Below are positions 1 to 15,659 of a DNA stretch of 64,000 bases, piece by piece. Each line of letters opens with the position of its first letter. The first letter of the stretch is position 1. The position numbers and the translations under genes were made by a program. Under the pieces are notes generated by a model. That model saw only the letters and a list, made by a program, of their open reading frames with translations. It did not search any database and was not told where the DNA came from. The DNA is taken from NCBI RefSeq assembly GCF_009914755.1, contig NC_060947.1; one strand, 5' to 3'. The stretch comes from the human T2T-CHM13v2.0 reference genome, Homo sapiens.

Positions 1-31
1 CAACAGAGTGAGACTCCATCTAAAAAAAAAA
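1..31 (+). mobile_element. Alu 3' end and poly(A), truncated by window edge
   Basis: CAACAGAGTGAGACTCCATCT followed by an A tail. Confidence 0.9.
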
Positions 32-461
32 ATAGTGTTCTGAATATGAATAATGCCACCTGGTATGGGTGGCTAAATTACCCAAATTCACCCAATTGTT
101 CACTAAAAGATGCTTTTCTCTTTTTTTTCCTGGTTTGACAGTATTGAGAGTGTAGTTTGAAAACAAAGAAGAGAACATGTTGCCTAAAGAGTGAAAGACA
201 GGACAAGAGAGTTTGAAAATGGCACGGAAGAGCTTATCACAGTCGGACACTCATCTGAGGCTTCATTTCATCGAAAAGAAAATAGAAAAAGATAAAATAA
301 AATAGAAAAAGAATTCCATTCTCCATGATGTAATTATTCATACCTAGTATTCGATAGTACAACAGGGTGACTATCGTCAAAATAATTTAATTGCACATTT
401 TAAGATAACTAAAAGAGTATGTATTAGTCCGTTTTCATGCTGCTGATAAAGACATACCCAA

Positions 462-771
462 AGCCGGGTGCGGTGGCTCACGCCTGTAATCCCAGCACCT
501 TGGGAGGCTGAGGTGGGCAGATCACCTGAGGTCAGGAGTTTGAGACCAGCCTGGCCAACATGGTGAAACCCCATCTCTACTAAAAATACAAAACTTAGCC
601 AGGCGTGGTGGCCCATGCCTGTTATCCCAGCTAATCAGGAGGCTGAGGCTGGAGAATCACTTGAACATGGGTGGCAGAGGTGGCAGTGAGCTGAGATTGC
701 ACCACTGCAGTCCAGGCTGGGCAACAGAGTAAGACTTGGTCTCAAAAAAAAAAAAAAAAAAAAAAAAAAAA
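462..771 (+). mobile_element. AluS inserted in THE1
   Basis: Full dimeric Alu with long A tail; CATACCC on both flanks. Confidence 0.95.
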
Positions 772-1065
772 GCATACCCTAGATTGGGTAATTTATTTAA
801 AAAAAGAGACATACCCGAGACTGGGAAATTTATAAAGAAAATGAGGTTCCATGGACTCACAGTTCCACATGGCTGAGGAGGCCTCACAGTCATGGTGGAA
901 GGAGAAAGGCACATCTTACACGGTGGCAGGCAGAAGACAATGAGAGCCCAGTGAAAGCAGTTTCCCCTGATAAAACCATCAGATCTCATGAGACTTATTC
1001 ACGACCTCCAGGACAGTCTGGGGGAAACCAGCCCCATGATTCATTTATCTCCCACCCAGTCCCTC

Positions 1066-1345
1066 CCACAACACATGGGAATCATGGGAGCTACAATTCA
1101 AGATGAGATTTGGGTGGGGACACCACAACACATGGGAATCATGGGAGATGCAATTCAAGATGAGATTTGGTTGGGGACACCACAATACATGGGAATCATG
1201 GGAGATACAATTCAAGATGAGATTTGGTTGGGGACACCACAATACATGGGAATCATGGGAGATACAATTCAAGATGAGATTTGGTTGGGGACACCACAAT
1301 ACATGGGAATCATGGGAGATACAATTCAAGATGAGATTTGAGTAG
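1066..1345. repeat. 57-bp tandem repeat, about 5 copies, derived from THE1
   Basis: ATCATGGGAG recurs at 1081, 1138, 1195, 1252 and 1309; 19-aa periodicity in ORF 988..1341. Confidence 0.95.
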
Positions 1346-1544
1346 GGACACAGCCAAATCATATTAGAGTATAATTGGATTGTTTGTAACACAAAGGATA
1401 AATGCTTGAGGGCATGCAAGCTCCATTCTCCATGATGTGATTATGAAGCATTGCATGCTTGTATCAAAACATCCTCTCTGCACGGTGCATTGAACATGAA
1501 TTATGCCATGTTGACTGTGTGTGATATCTGATGTATACAAAAAC

Positions 1545-1780
1545 GGAGGTCAAGGCCCAAACACTGGGAGCACCAATGTCCAAGAGCATGAGAAGCTGGA
1601 GGTCCCGGTTCCAGGTAAGGAAAAGAGAATATAGTCTCCCTTCATCTGCATTTTCATTCTCTGCAAATCCCTCAGTGGAGAGGACAGTACCCATCCCCAT
1701 TGGTGAGGGTGGTCTTTACTCAGTCTACCTATTGAAATGCTCATCTCTTCCCAAAACACCCTCGCAGACACACCCAGTCT
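1545..1780. mobile_element. MLT2-like (ERVL) LTR fragment
   Basis: CCCATTGGTGAGGGTGGTCTTTACTCAGTCTAC...CTCTTCCCAAAACACCCTCGCAGACACACCCA. Confidence 0.65.
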
Positions 1781-1791
1781 GGGTGTGAAAA

Positions 1792-2021
1792 ATGGGAGTT
1801 GAACAATGAGAACACATGGACACAGGGAGGGGAACATCACACACCAGGGCCTGCCGGGGGGTGGGGGGATAGGGGAGGGAGAGCATTAGGAGAAATACCT
1901 AATGTAGATGACAGGTTGATGGGTGCAGCAAACCACCATGGCACATGTATACCTGTGTAACAAACCTGCACGTTTTGCCCATGTACCCCAGAACTTAAAG
2001 CATAATAATAATAATAATAAA
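1792..2021 (+). mobile_element. L1PA 3' UTR end
   Basis: TGGGAGTTGAACAATGAGAACACATGGACACAGGG...CAGAACTTAAAG plus (AAT)n tail. Confidence 0.92.
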
Positions 2022-2589
2022 ATCTCACGCACCCTAAATATATACACCTACTATATATCCACACAACATATACATAAATATATACACCTACCATGTACCC
2101 ACAAAAGATAAAAATTTTAAAACACAAAGAGAAAGGAAACAGTGAAAATCAACAGACAGAGGTAAGAGACAACCTCCTATTCAGTGTTGCCGTGGTTCAG
2201 TAGAAAAATCCGTCTCACTTCAGGGCTGGAGAGACCCTCAGGGTCATCCATCATAGCCCACGGAGGTGCCATAAAAAATAATACTCAGGGATCTTCATCT
2301 TCAATAAATAAAGACTCTCTTTACCTTTCCGAGGTTGTAAAGAATCTTCAATGGACCGTGCCTTTCTCTTGGAAGTATCTTGGGTCTTCGCTGTCGAATT
2401 CCTAGGTCACGGAAGAAATTGTGTGAAAGGTAGAAGGTAAATTTTATTCTGGAATATAGGGTCCAGGAAAGGGGCTGGGGGCCTCATGAATCATCTGAAA
2501 TTAGGTGCAAAACTTTGCACGTATGAGTATGTCTGCACCATGTCTAGATGGAGGGTTCTGAGCTTTCATCACATGTGGAAAGAGGTCTC

Positions 2590-3520
2590 AGAAAGCAAGC
2601 AAGAAAGAAAGCAAGCAAGAGTGAAAGAGGGGGTAGGGAGGGAAGGAGGAGGATGGGGGAGGAGCGAAAGAAACAGAAAGAAAGAAGGGAAAAAGAAAGA
2701 AAAAGAAGAAAGAAGGAAGGAAAGAAAGAAAGAAAGCAAGAAAGAAAGAGAAAAGAAAAGAAAGAAAGGAAGGAGGGAAGGAGGGAAGGAGGGAAAGAAG
2801 GAAGGAAAGAAGGAAAGAAGGAAGGAAGAGACAAAAGAAAAAAGGAAGGAAGGTAAAGAAAAAGAGAAAAGGAAAGAAGGAAGGAAAAGAGGAAACAAAA
2901 AAGGAAGGAAGGAAAGAAGGAAAAGCAAAAGAGGAAGGAAAAGAAAAGGAAGGAAGGAAAGAAAAGGAAAAGAGGGAAGGAAGGAAGAGAGGAAACATAA
3001 AAGGAAGGAAGGAAAGAAGGAAAAGAAAAAGAGGGAAGGAAGGAAAAGAGGAAACATAAAAGGAAGGAAGGAAAGAAGGAAAATAAGAGGAAGGAAGGAA
3101 GGAAAGAAGGAGTGAAGGAGGGAGGGAGGGAAGGAGGAAGGGAGGGAAGGAAGGAAGGAAGGAGCGAGAGAAGGAAGGAAGGAGCGAGAGAAGGAAGGAA
3201 GGACAGAGCAAGAGAAGGAAGGAAGGAGCGAGAGAAGGAAGGAAGGACAGAGCAAGAGAAGGAAGGAAGGAGCGAGAGAAGGAAGGAAGGAGCGAGAGAA
3301 GGAAGGAAGGACAGAGCAAGAGAAGGAAGGAAGGAGCGAGAGAAGGAAGGAAGGAGCGAGAGAAGGAAGGAAGGACAGAGCAAGAGAAGGAAGGAAGGAG
3401 CGAGAGAAGGAAGGAAGGAATGAAGGAATGAAGGAAGGAAGGAAGGAAGGGAGGCAAGGAGGGAAGGGAAGGGAAGGAAGGGATGGCGAAAGAAACAGAG
3501 AAATAAAAAGAAAGAGAAAA
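2590..3520. repeat. GA-rich purine tract with (GGAA)n and 20/24-bp sub-repeats
   Basis: Almost purely A/G; AGGAAGGAAGGAGCGAGAGA and AGGAAGGAAGGACAGAGCAAGAGA units from ~3150-3420. Confidence 0.95.
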
Positions 3521-4106
3521 TTTGAGGCTTCATAGAGAAGCAAGGGACTCTTGTCTGACCTTGGACCATGGGCTGATGTAAATATGGCTTCTCCCTTTCT
3601 TTCTCACAGGCAAATACGGCTGATTTCCCAGATGTTAGATTCCACTTCGGATTAAGGGCTGTTTCCTAGTAGCCTGTTGTGAAAATACAATCCACAGAGT
3701 GTAAATGAGCAAATTTTTAGAGTTTTCCTAAAGATCCCTACTTGTTATTTTACTAACAACTCCTGCTCCAAAGCACTGCTTGGCGAATCTCATGAAGTTC
3801 AGCTGGATCTGAAAGCAACTGAAATTCCCACAGTTTGGGGAAAAGGGGCTGTTATCAGGGCGTTGTGGGTTTCGTACATAGTCGGGATAGATGCAATTAT
3901 GGCATCCCGATTACTTGTTATCCATTACAGTTAGTTCAGCATCGTGACTAACGATTGATTTAGTGTTCAGTATGGTATTTGGTTAGCAACACTGTGTGCA
4001 GTAAGTTGTAAATACTGCTTTCAGCATGATTTGGGCTAAAAGGATGTAGTCACTGTTTTCCAATTCAAATACAAATCACAAAAATGTGACCTCAGCATGG
4101 TGTTGA

Positions 4107-4375
<269 letters not shown>

Positions 4376-4487
4376 TAATATTATTATTTATGTAAGTAAT
4401 TTGTGAACATATCCAACTTTGAAATGTGTAATATTATATAAAGTTAAGCACCTCTTTTTTTGTCACCAGACAATGTCGTCATTCAGT

Positions 4488-4772
4488 AGGAAATGCTATT
4501 TTGAGATGTGTGTGCATGTGTGTGCGTGTGTACACACACAGTTTGTACACATAGATGTGTATACACTCAAACTGCGCATATGATATGTGTGTCTACAAAT
4601 ACATATTACTAACTCTATACGTCTGTATATATTTTTCTGTACATGTGAGACATATATAATATATATAATTATTAATAAGTGCTTATAGCAACATAGATTG
4701 CTTTTGTAAGTTTTGTAGATAAATTGTATCATATGGAGTATTTCGCAACTTGAATTATTTTTACTCCATAAT
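4488..4772. repeat. Source copy of a ~290-bp segment also present at 11176-11480
   Basis: Near-identical text AGGAAATGCTATTTTGAGATG...TTTACTCCATAAT in both places; ORFs 4496..4834 and 11087..11440 share peptide. Confidence 0.95.
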
Positions 4773-4913
4773 ATATTTGCAATCTCAATACGTTGAACAA
4801 GTTGACCTGGTTGATTCTGTGGTTCTTCACACATTTCTGTTTAATGATGGTACAGGGAATTGAACACTGACCTCTTACATCATCCTCAAACAGTTTTACT
4901 TTTACTGTTGTAG

Positions 4914-5426
<513 letters not shown>

Positions 5427-5447
5427 TAATTCTATTTTTCTTTATTA

Positions 5448-5603
<156 letters not shown>

Positions 5604-5924
5604 CTATTGATCTCACTTACCCCACAGAACAGTCCTGACTTCCTTCCTAGCTGCAGGAGGGAAATTGTGGAGAGCAGCCGTCTCCCATCCTTGGAGCTGT
5701 TTCCCTAAGTAAATCATGAGGCCACTTTTGCAGGAAATCCACACGCTGCCGGGAAGAGCTGATACAACTAAATTGAGAAAGCTCTTGGCTTCTGGTGACT
5801 CACAGCTGACTGACTGTTCCTTCCCCCTGAGCAATGAAGGTGAGTGCGGTGGGTGCTGTCCCGCTGGAATCACACAGTAGTGTCTGCCAGACACAGAGAT
5901 GGAAGGGCGGATTGCTTCAGGAGC

Positions 5925-7010
5925 TTCCTGGGGTTCCTGCAAAAAAATGCCATAAATTCGGTGGCTAACACTACAAGAATCTATGCTCTCCCAGTCCTGG
6001 AAGCTGGTAGTCTCAGATCAAGGTATCTCAAGGACATGCTCCCTCCAGAGACTCTAGGGGAGGGTCCTTTCTGCCTCTGCCAGCTCCTGGGGGCTCCAGG
6101 TGTCCCTGGGCTTGTGGGTGCGTCACTTTAGTCTCTGCCTCTGTCTCCACATGGCCTTCTCCTCTGTGTCTGTCTCCTTTCTGTCTCTTAGAAGGACATC
6201 TGTCATTGATTTAGGGACCACACAGATAATTCAGGATGATCTCATCTTAAGGTCCTTTATTTAGTTACATCTGCAAACACCCCTTTTTCAAATAAGGTCT
6301 CAGTCACAGATTCTGAGGATCAGGACATGGACATACCTTTTTGGGGGATCACAGTTCAATCTACTTCACTTGTATCCAGTTCCCTCCAGAGGCTCTCAGG
6401 GAGGGTCCTTCCTGCCTCTCCCAGCTCCTGGGGGCTCCAGGTGTCCCTGTGCTTGTGGCCACATCACTCCAGTCTCTGCCTCCATCTCCATGCGGCCTTA
6501 CCCTCTGTGTCTGTTCTCCTCCTCTGTCTGTTATAGAGACAGCAATGATTGGATTCATGGTCCATCTAATGCAGGATGATCTCATCTTAAAATATTTTAC
6601 TACTTGCATCTGCAAGGATCTTATTTCAAAGTAAGCTCCCATTCACAAGTTCTGGGGGTGAGGGTGTGGACATATCTTTCTGGTGGACAATAGTTGAATT
6701 CATTACAATTTCATTTAGCCTTCTCTAGAGGCTCTAGGGGAGGGTCCTTCCTGCCTCTCCCAGCTCCTGGGGGCTCCAGGCATCCCTGGGCTTGTGGCCG
6801 CATCACTCCAGTCTCTGCCTCCGTCTCCATGTGGCCTCATCCTCTGTGTCTCCTCTTCTGTCTTTTAGAAGGACATCTGTCGTTGTATTTAGGACCCACC
6901 CTAATCCAGGATGATCTCATCTTAAGTTAGTTTCACCTGCAAAAAAAAAAAAAAAATTGTTTCCAAACAGGGTTTCACTCGTAGGTACTGGGACTCAGGA
7001 TTTGCACCCC
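5925..7010 (-). mobile_element. MLT1 (MaLR) LTR tandemly amplified into three ~340-bp units
   Basis: GCTCCTGGGGGCTCCAGG at 6083, 6424 and 6763; each unit has CAGGATGATCTCATCTTAA. Confidence 0.85.
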
Positions 7011-7510
7011 TTCTGTTTGCCACGATCCTTTATCTCTTCAGCATCCAGCAGCCTGCTGCACACTGCTGTGGACTAATAAAGGCATGAGGGAGACGATCGG
7101 AGAAAGAGAATACGGCAGAAGTGTGAGTCAGACTCCGGGGGCGATGGAACGGTGGAGATGCAGAAATGCAAATTTGCAAATTCGTGTACCCATTTGCTTT
7201 GCCCTGGAGCCCAGCGCAGAGCTGGGGAAGGCAGCTCCGCGGAAGGCAGAGCCCTGCTCTGCCTGGGGTGAGCTCATGGAAGCATTCCAGAAAACAGTGA
7301 TTAGGCACCTACTGTGTATCAGGCACCATGGAGGTCCTCAGAACGCAAGAGTGAGCCAAGTGCGTCCACAGGCTGAGAAGGTAGATGATGGCAAAGGGCG
7401 TCAACACCTCTGGGCTGGGGACAGGCTTAAAATTGGGGAAGAGACTCAGGGGGCCTTGAGCATCATCTGGTATCACACAGGCACCCTAGAGAGAGAAGGT
7501 GAGTTGGAGA

Positions 7511-8306
<796 letters not shown>

Positions 8307-8848
8307 GAAGCTAGAGAGACACTCGCTCTTCCCACCACCTCTTAATGTCCTATTTGTGCTTCAAGGACACTCGGTCCCTTGTTGTTATATCCATAAATCC
8401 CTTCTCCTCCCAGCCCAGCAGTGAGGGCCCCATTGCCCATTACCTATCTATAGGGAACCAGCCCTGCAGGCATGCAGAGACCCCTGAGACAGTCTTCCTC
8501 ATGTCCCCTCATCATAGCCCCAAAAGCTAACACCCAGGGATGGGCTGTAACCCGCTTGAGGTTAGAAGGTCACTGACGTTACAGGAGTCCGCACTGACAC
8601 CCAGGGGCCCTGACTCCTGGCACGCTGGATATTGTTGAGAGGCAGAGGCTGCTCTGGGACACACCTGTTCTTACCTGGTCCCCAGGATCCGGGTCTTTTG
8701 AACAGGGCTGCTTTGCACGATACCCTCAGGTACCTGCCTCCCACGGCTCTGTCCTTCTCAGATGGCTCAGGGCTGTGGTTCCTGGGAAAAGCTTCGGGAT
8801 GAGGTTTCCTGCCATGTTTCCCCATGGGTCAGAATAATGTCATATTGA

Positions 8849-9257
<409 letters not shown>

Positions 9258-9314
9258 TCCTAGGTATGTTCGTTTAACAATACCGTAGGGTATACTTAAA
9301 TATTTGTTAGGCTC

Positions 9315-9984
9315 AATTCCTGGTGGCTTAGTCATTCTGCCCTGGGGATTGTCCTTGCTTCACACTGGTTCCAGAAACTCCTCACGGCCCCCACAATGAA
9401 TTCCTGGTGGCTTAGTCATTCTGCCCTGGGGATTGTCCTTGCTTCACACTGGTTCCAGAAACTTCTCACCGTCCCCACAATGAATTCCTGGTGGCTTAGT
9501 CATTCTGCCCTGGGGATTGTCCTTGCTTCACACTGGTTCCAGAAACTTCTCACCGTCCCCACAATGAATTCCTGGTGGCTTAGTCATTCTGCCCTGGGGA
9601 TTGTCCTTGCTTCACACTGGTTCCAGAAACTTCTCACCGTCCCCACAATGAATTCCTGGTGGCTTAGTCATTCTGCCCTGGGGATTGTCCTTGCTTCACA
9701 CTGGTTCCAGAAACTTCTCATCACCCCCACAATGAATTCCTGGTGGCTTAGTCATTCTGCCCTGGGGATTGTCCTTGCTTCACACTGGTTCCAGAAACTT
9801 CTCATCACCCCCACAATGAATTCCTGGTGGCTTAGTCATTCTGCCCTGGGGATTGTCCTTGCTTCACACTGGTTCCAGAAACTTCTCACCGTCCCCACAA
9901 TGAATTCCTGGTGGCTTAGTCATTCTGCCCTGGGGATTGTCCTTGCTTCACGCTGGTTCCAGAAACTTCTCATCGTCCCCACAA
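9315..9984. repeat. 84-bp VNTR, 8 near-identical copies
   Basis: AATTCCTGGTGGCTTAGTCATTCTGCCCTGGGG starts at 9315, 9399, 9483, 9567, 9651, 9735, 9819 and 9903; 28-aa periodicity in ORF 9396..10172. Confidence 0.98.
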
Positions 9985-10167
9985 AGGGAGCAGATTACGT
10001 ACAGCACGTGGTGGTTGACTCCGCAATGACACTCAGGTTTAGACGAATGAGGACAGCTTATCTCCTTATCGTCCCACTCCTCACTCCGGTTATCTGTACC
10101 CTTCTGTCTTTATATCCAGCTTTGCCTGTGCTGAGAAGCAGCCTCTCAAGGCCAGAAGTAAGAATAG

Positions 10168-10637
<470 letters not shown>

Positions 10638-10769
10638 GTAAATCTCTTATATGAACTGTGAACAAACATCACCTAGGAGATGGGAAAAGACCCATCTCCC
10701 TTCAATATGCAGCCGTACAATCATAGAGAGGAGGCCCTGTTTCTGTTCCATTCATTCGGTTTTCATTTT

Positions 10770-11634
<865 letters not shown>

Positions 11635-12071
11635 TTCATTGTGTTTTCAAAAACCCTCCAACCTGTTGCTAATGACATTGTTGATGAAATACAATCGCTC
11701 AAATTATCCAAAATTATTTTCAACAGGGACACACTAGGAAAACACAGCTGTATTTACTTTCAGCATCTGCATTTATGCATTTCCCACCAAAAATCACATG
11801 ATTACAGTCAGCACGCAACGCAACGATGTCAATTGTGCCGGGCTGTGGGATTGGGTGCACTGAGAATAGTGCAGTCAGTTGGAGTTGAGTCCTTCTGGCC
11901 CCTTCGGAACAGCACTGGAGAGAAGAAACATCACCAGGCTAAAATAAATACTTGGAGAGTCCAAAAGAAGGTGCATTTTGGACGGCTATATTTTTAACAC
12001 GTTTTTGAAAACTCACGCATGTAACAGAGTCTCAGGTGATCTGCCCTTGTGGTTCACACTTTTATCTCCTG

Positions 12072-12176
12072 TCACTTGAACCTGGGAGGCGGAGGCTGCA
12101 GTGAGCCGAGGTTGTGCCACTGCACTCCAGCCTGGGTGACAGAGAGAGACTCTGTCTCAAAAACAAATAAATAAAA
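12072..12176 (+). mobile_element. Alu 3' fragment
   Basis: TCACTTGAACCTGGGAGGCGGAGG...GACTCTGTCTCAAAA. Confidence 0.9.
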
Positions 12177-12333
12177 CGAGAATGAATGGTTTCTAGGGCA
12201 TGACTTTCCAGCTCCCTTAGATAGGCATTTGGGCAAGATTAAAGAAAAAAAAAAAGACAGAGCTTCGTCCTCACGTTAATGTGACCCTTCCATCAGATTG
12301 ATGAAAAGTAATGGCGGTTTTTGCCATTGCTTT

Positions 12334-13700
12334 TGTGAACCCTGAAAACGTCAGACAGGTGGCGGTAAGTTTAGAAAGTTTATTTTTTCAGGGTTGACGA
12401 CGGGCACCTGTGACACACCCTCAGGAGGTCCCGATGACATGTACCCAAGGTGGTTGGGGCAAAACTTGGTTTTATACATTTTAGAAAGGCATGAGACATC
12501 AATCAACATATGTAAGAAGTACATTGGTTCAGTCTGGGAAGGTGGGACGAGTTCAAACAAAGGCAGGAAGACTCTAAGCGGGAAGGGGGTTTCCAGATCA
12601 CAGATAGATAAGAGACAAATGGCTGCGTTATTTTGAGTTTCTGATGAGCGTTTCTAAAGGAGGCAATCAGATTTGCATCTATCTGAGTGAGCAGAGGGGC
12701 AACTTTGAATAAAGTGGGAGGCAGGTTGGCCCTAAGCAGCTCCCAGCTTGAATGGAGACTGGAAGCAGGGAGGGGGATTCCAGGTCCAGAGAGATGAATG
12801 ACTACATTCTTATATATATATTATATATTTAGTGTGTGTATATATATATTTTATATATATATATATATATAAGTTCTAGGGTACATGTGCACAACGTGCA
12901 GGTTTGTTACATAGGTATACATGTGCCATGTTGGTTTGCTGCACCCATTAACTCGTCATTTACATTAGGTATATCTCCTAATGCTCTCCCTCCCCCATCC
13001 CCCCCCCCCAACGACAGGCCCCGGTGTGCGATGTTCCCCACTCTGTGTCCAAGTGTTCTCATTGTTCAATTCCCATCTATGAGTGAGAACGTGCAGTGTT
13101 TGGTTTTCTGTCCTTGCGATAGTTTGCTCAGAAAGATGGTTTCCAGCTTCATCCATGTCGGTACAAAGGACATGAATTCATCCTTTTTTATGGCTGCATA
13201 GTATTCCATGGTGTCTATGTGCCACGTTTTCTTAATCCATTCTATCATTGATGGACATTTGGGTTGGTTCCAAGTCTTTGCTATTGTGGACAGTGCTGCA
13301 ATAAACATACATGTGCATGTGTCTGTATAGTAGCATGATTTATAATCCTTTGGGTATATACCCAGTCATGGGATGGCTGGGTCAAATGGTATTTCTGGTT
13401 CTAGATCCTTGAGGAATGGCCACACTGTCTTCCACAATGGTTGAACTAGTTTACACTCCCACCAACAGTGCAAAAGCGTTCCTATTTCTCCACATCCTCT
13501 CCAGCACCTGTTGTTTCCTGACTTTTTAGTGATCGCCTGAATGGCTACATTCTTTTGAGTGTCTGATGACCCTTTCCAAAGGAGGCAACTAGATATGGCA
13601 TCTGTCTCAGTGAGCACAGGGGTAACTTTGAATAAAATGGGAGGCAGGTTGGCCGTAAGCAGCTCCCAGCTTGAAGGGGCCCAAAGTACTTTCCTTTCAC
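12334..13700 (-). mobile_element. MER4A-type ERV1 LTR with an internal ~190-bp duplication, interrupted by L1PA
   Basis: GACATGTACCCAAGGTGGTTGGGG, GAGACATCAATCAA, end CTTTCCTTTCAC; GGAGGCAGGTTGGCC..AGCAGCTCCCAGCTTGAA occurs twice. Confidence 0.8.
12812..13537 (-). mobile_element. 5'-truncated L1PA (ORF2 end plus 3' UTR)
   Basis: MFIAAL..IAKTWNQPKCPS and [31 protein letters not shown] peptides; TSD TGAATG(A/G)CTACATTCTT. Confidence 0.95.
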
Positions 13701-13810
13701 CCCTTTTAATGGGAAAAACTGCAGTGACTGTTGCACCAACCCAGTACATGTGGCGAATTAGCCTGCATGAGACCCATGGACGATGAGACTCTTTGAAAAT
13801 AAGAATTTAT

Positions 13811-13937
13811 GGGCTGGGCACGGTGGCTCATGCCTGTAATCCCAGCACTTTGGGAACCCGAGGCGGGTGGATCACCTGAGGTCAGGAGTTCGAGAACAGC
13901 TGGCCAACGTGGAGAAACCCCGTCTCTACTGAAAAAC
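13811..13937 (+). mobile_element. Alu left arm
   Basis: GGCTGGGCACGGTGGCTCATGCC...CCGTCTCTACTGAAAA. Confidence 0.9.
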
Positions 13938-13945
13938 ACGGGGTT

Positions 13946-14135
13946 TTGATTGTGAGGTCTCCCCAGCCATGTGGAACTGTGAGTCCATTAAACTGTTTTT
14001 TCTTTCTTTATAAATTAACCAGTCTTTATTATAAATTATTATATATAAAAAATTATTATATATAAAAAATTATAAATTTTTCTTTCTTTATAAATTAACT
14101 AATCTTTATTAGCAGTGCGAGAACAGACTAATACA
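13946..14135 (+). mobile_element. MST/THE1 LTR 3' fragment with AT-rich internal duplication
   Basis: TGATTGTGAGG..CCCCAGCCATGTGGAACTGTGAGTCC...GAGAACAGACTAATACA. Confidence 0.8.
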
Positions 14136-14228
14136 CCAGGTAAGTATGTAGAGAATTATCCATGAATCCTTATATCCCGAAATAATTACTGCGTGCCCCC
14201 AACCCTGAGAAAACCAGCAGCTTGCTAA

Positions 14229-14961
<733 letters not shown>

Positions 14962-15659
14962 AAGACCTCATATTTTATGGGGACAGCACAACAGACCCTA
15001 ACTATCCTTCAGAGTTCCACTCTGCGTCCAGGAATACGTAGTGATGACAAGCTTGGGCACCTGCCTGAGCGCCAGAGACTTGGAACTCCATTAATTCCAG
15101 ACCGCTTTGTGCTCTAAAATTCAGAATCCAATGGCAAAACCATCATCACTGCCAGAAAGACACCTGGTGGAGTCATAAGCCTCACACTCATTTTTCTCCT
15201 CCTCTCATTTCTATTCATAGATCATCCCCAGGGTGGGATTGAAATCCACATTCTCCACAATCTGGATTTTTTCCAAGTCATCATTTATTAGCAGCATCTT
15301 GTGAAATCTCCTCCTAAGAAAGCAGATACGGTAAGAGTCACAATCTCTTAACGAATTTATCTGTAAGTCTCCGAGGAGTTCATTTTCTCCCTTTGCCTCT
15401 GATCCGGTTCATATGGCGCAATCATCTTGTCCGCTGTGTGGCCATTCGAGCCGTCCACAGGAAGGGGCAGCTAAGTTCATTTAACTGTGACTCCCCGTTA
15501 AGGCTGCAGTAGCCCCATGTGCTCTGGTCCCGGCCAAGGCGTGGCGAGCTACCGCCCCATGCCCGCCGGACACAGAAGGAAAATCAAGCAGGGGAGGTGC
15601 CTGTCTGATGGTGGCGGCTCCTTCCTCACGGCCACTGCCCTCCTACCAGCCCGGTTCAG

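Larger units (their letters stand above)
420..1366 (-). mobile_element. THE1 (MaLR) solo LTR with nested Alu and internal 57-bp VNTR
   Basis: Starts TGTATTAGTCCGTTTTCATGCTGCTGATAAAGACATACC and ends ACAGCCAAATCATATTA; flanked by the 5-bp TSD GAGTA. Confidence 0.9.
340..2125 (+). mobile_element. L1MA-type 3' UTR, fragmented by nested insertions (pieces ~340-419, ~1367-1475, ~2020-2125)
   Basis: ACAACAGGGTGACTAT...ATAACTAAAAGAGTA | TAATTGGATTGTTTGTAACACAAAGGATAAATGCTTGAGG | TATATACACCTAC..GTACCCACAAAA match the L1MA 3' end in colinear order. Confidence 0.8.
12293..13746. mobile_element. MADE1 (Hsmar1 MITE) split in two halves (12293-12334 and 13703-13746) by a MER4 insertion
   Basis: Left half GAAAAGTAATGGCGGTTTTTGCCATTGCTTTT; right half CTTTTAATGGGAAAAACTGCAGTGACTGTTGCACCAACC. 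Confidence 0.8.

Noticed and set aside
5610-5850. Strong splice-donor-like motifs (minus-strand GGTAAGTGAG at ~5612-5621; plus-strand AAGGTGAGT at ~5837)
   Set aside because: Isolated motifs with no supportable exon chain or coding frame; a lncRNA exon cannot be excluded without RNA data.
12617-13676. Long direct repeat flanking the L1PA as an aberrant insertion signature
   Set aside because: The L1 has a conventional 17-bp TSD; the longer repeat is an earlier internal duplication of the MER4 LTR.
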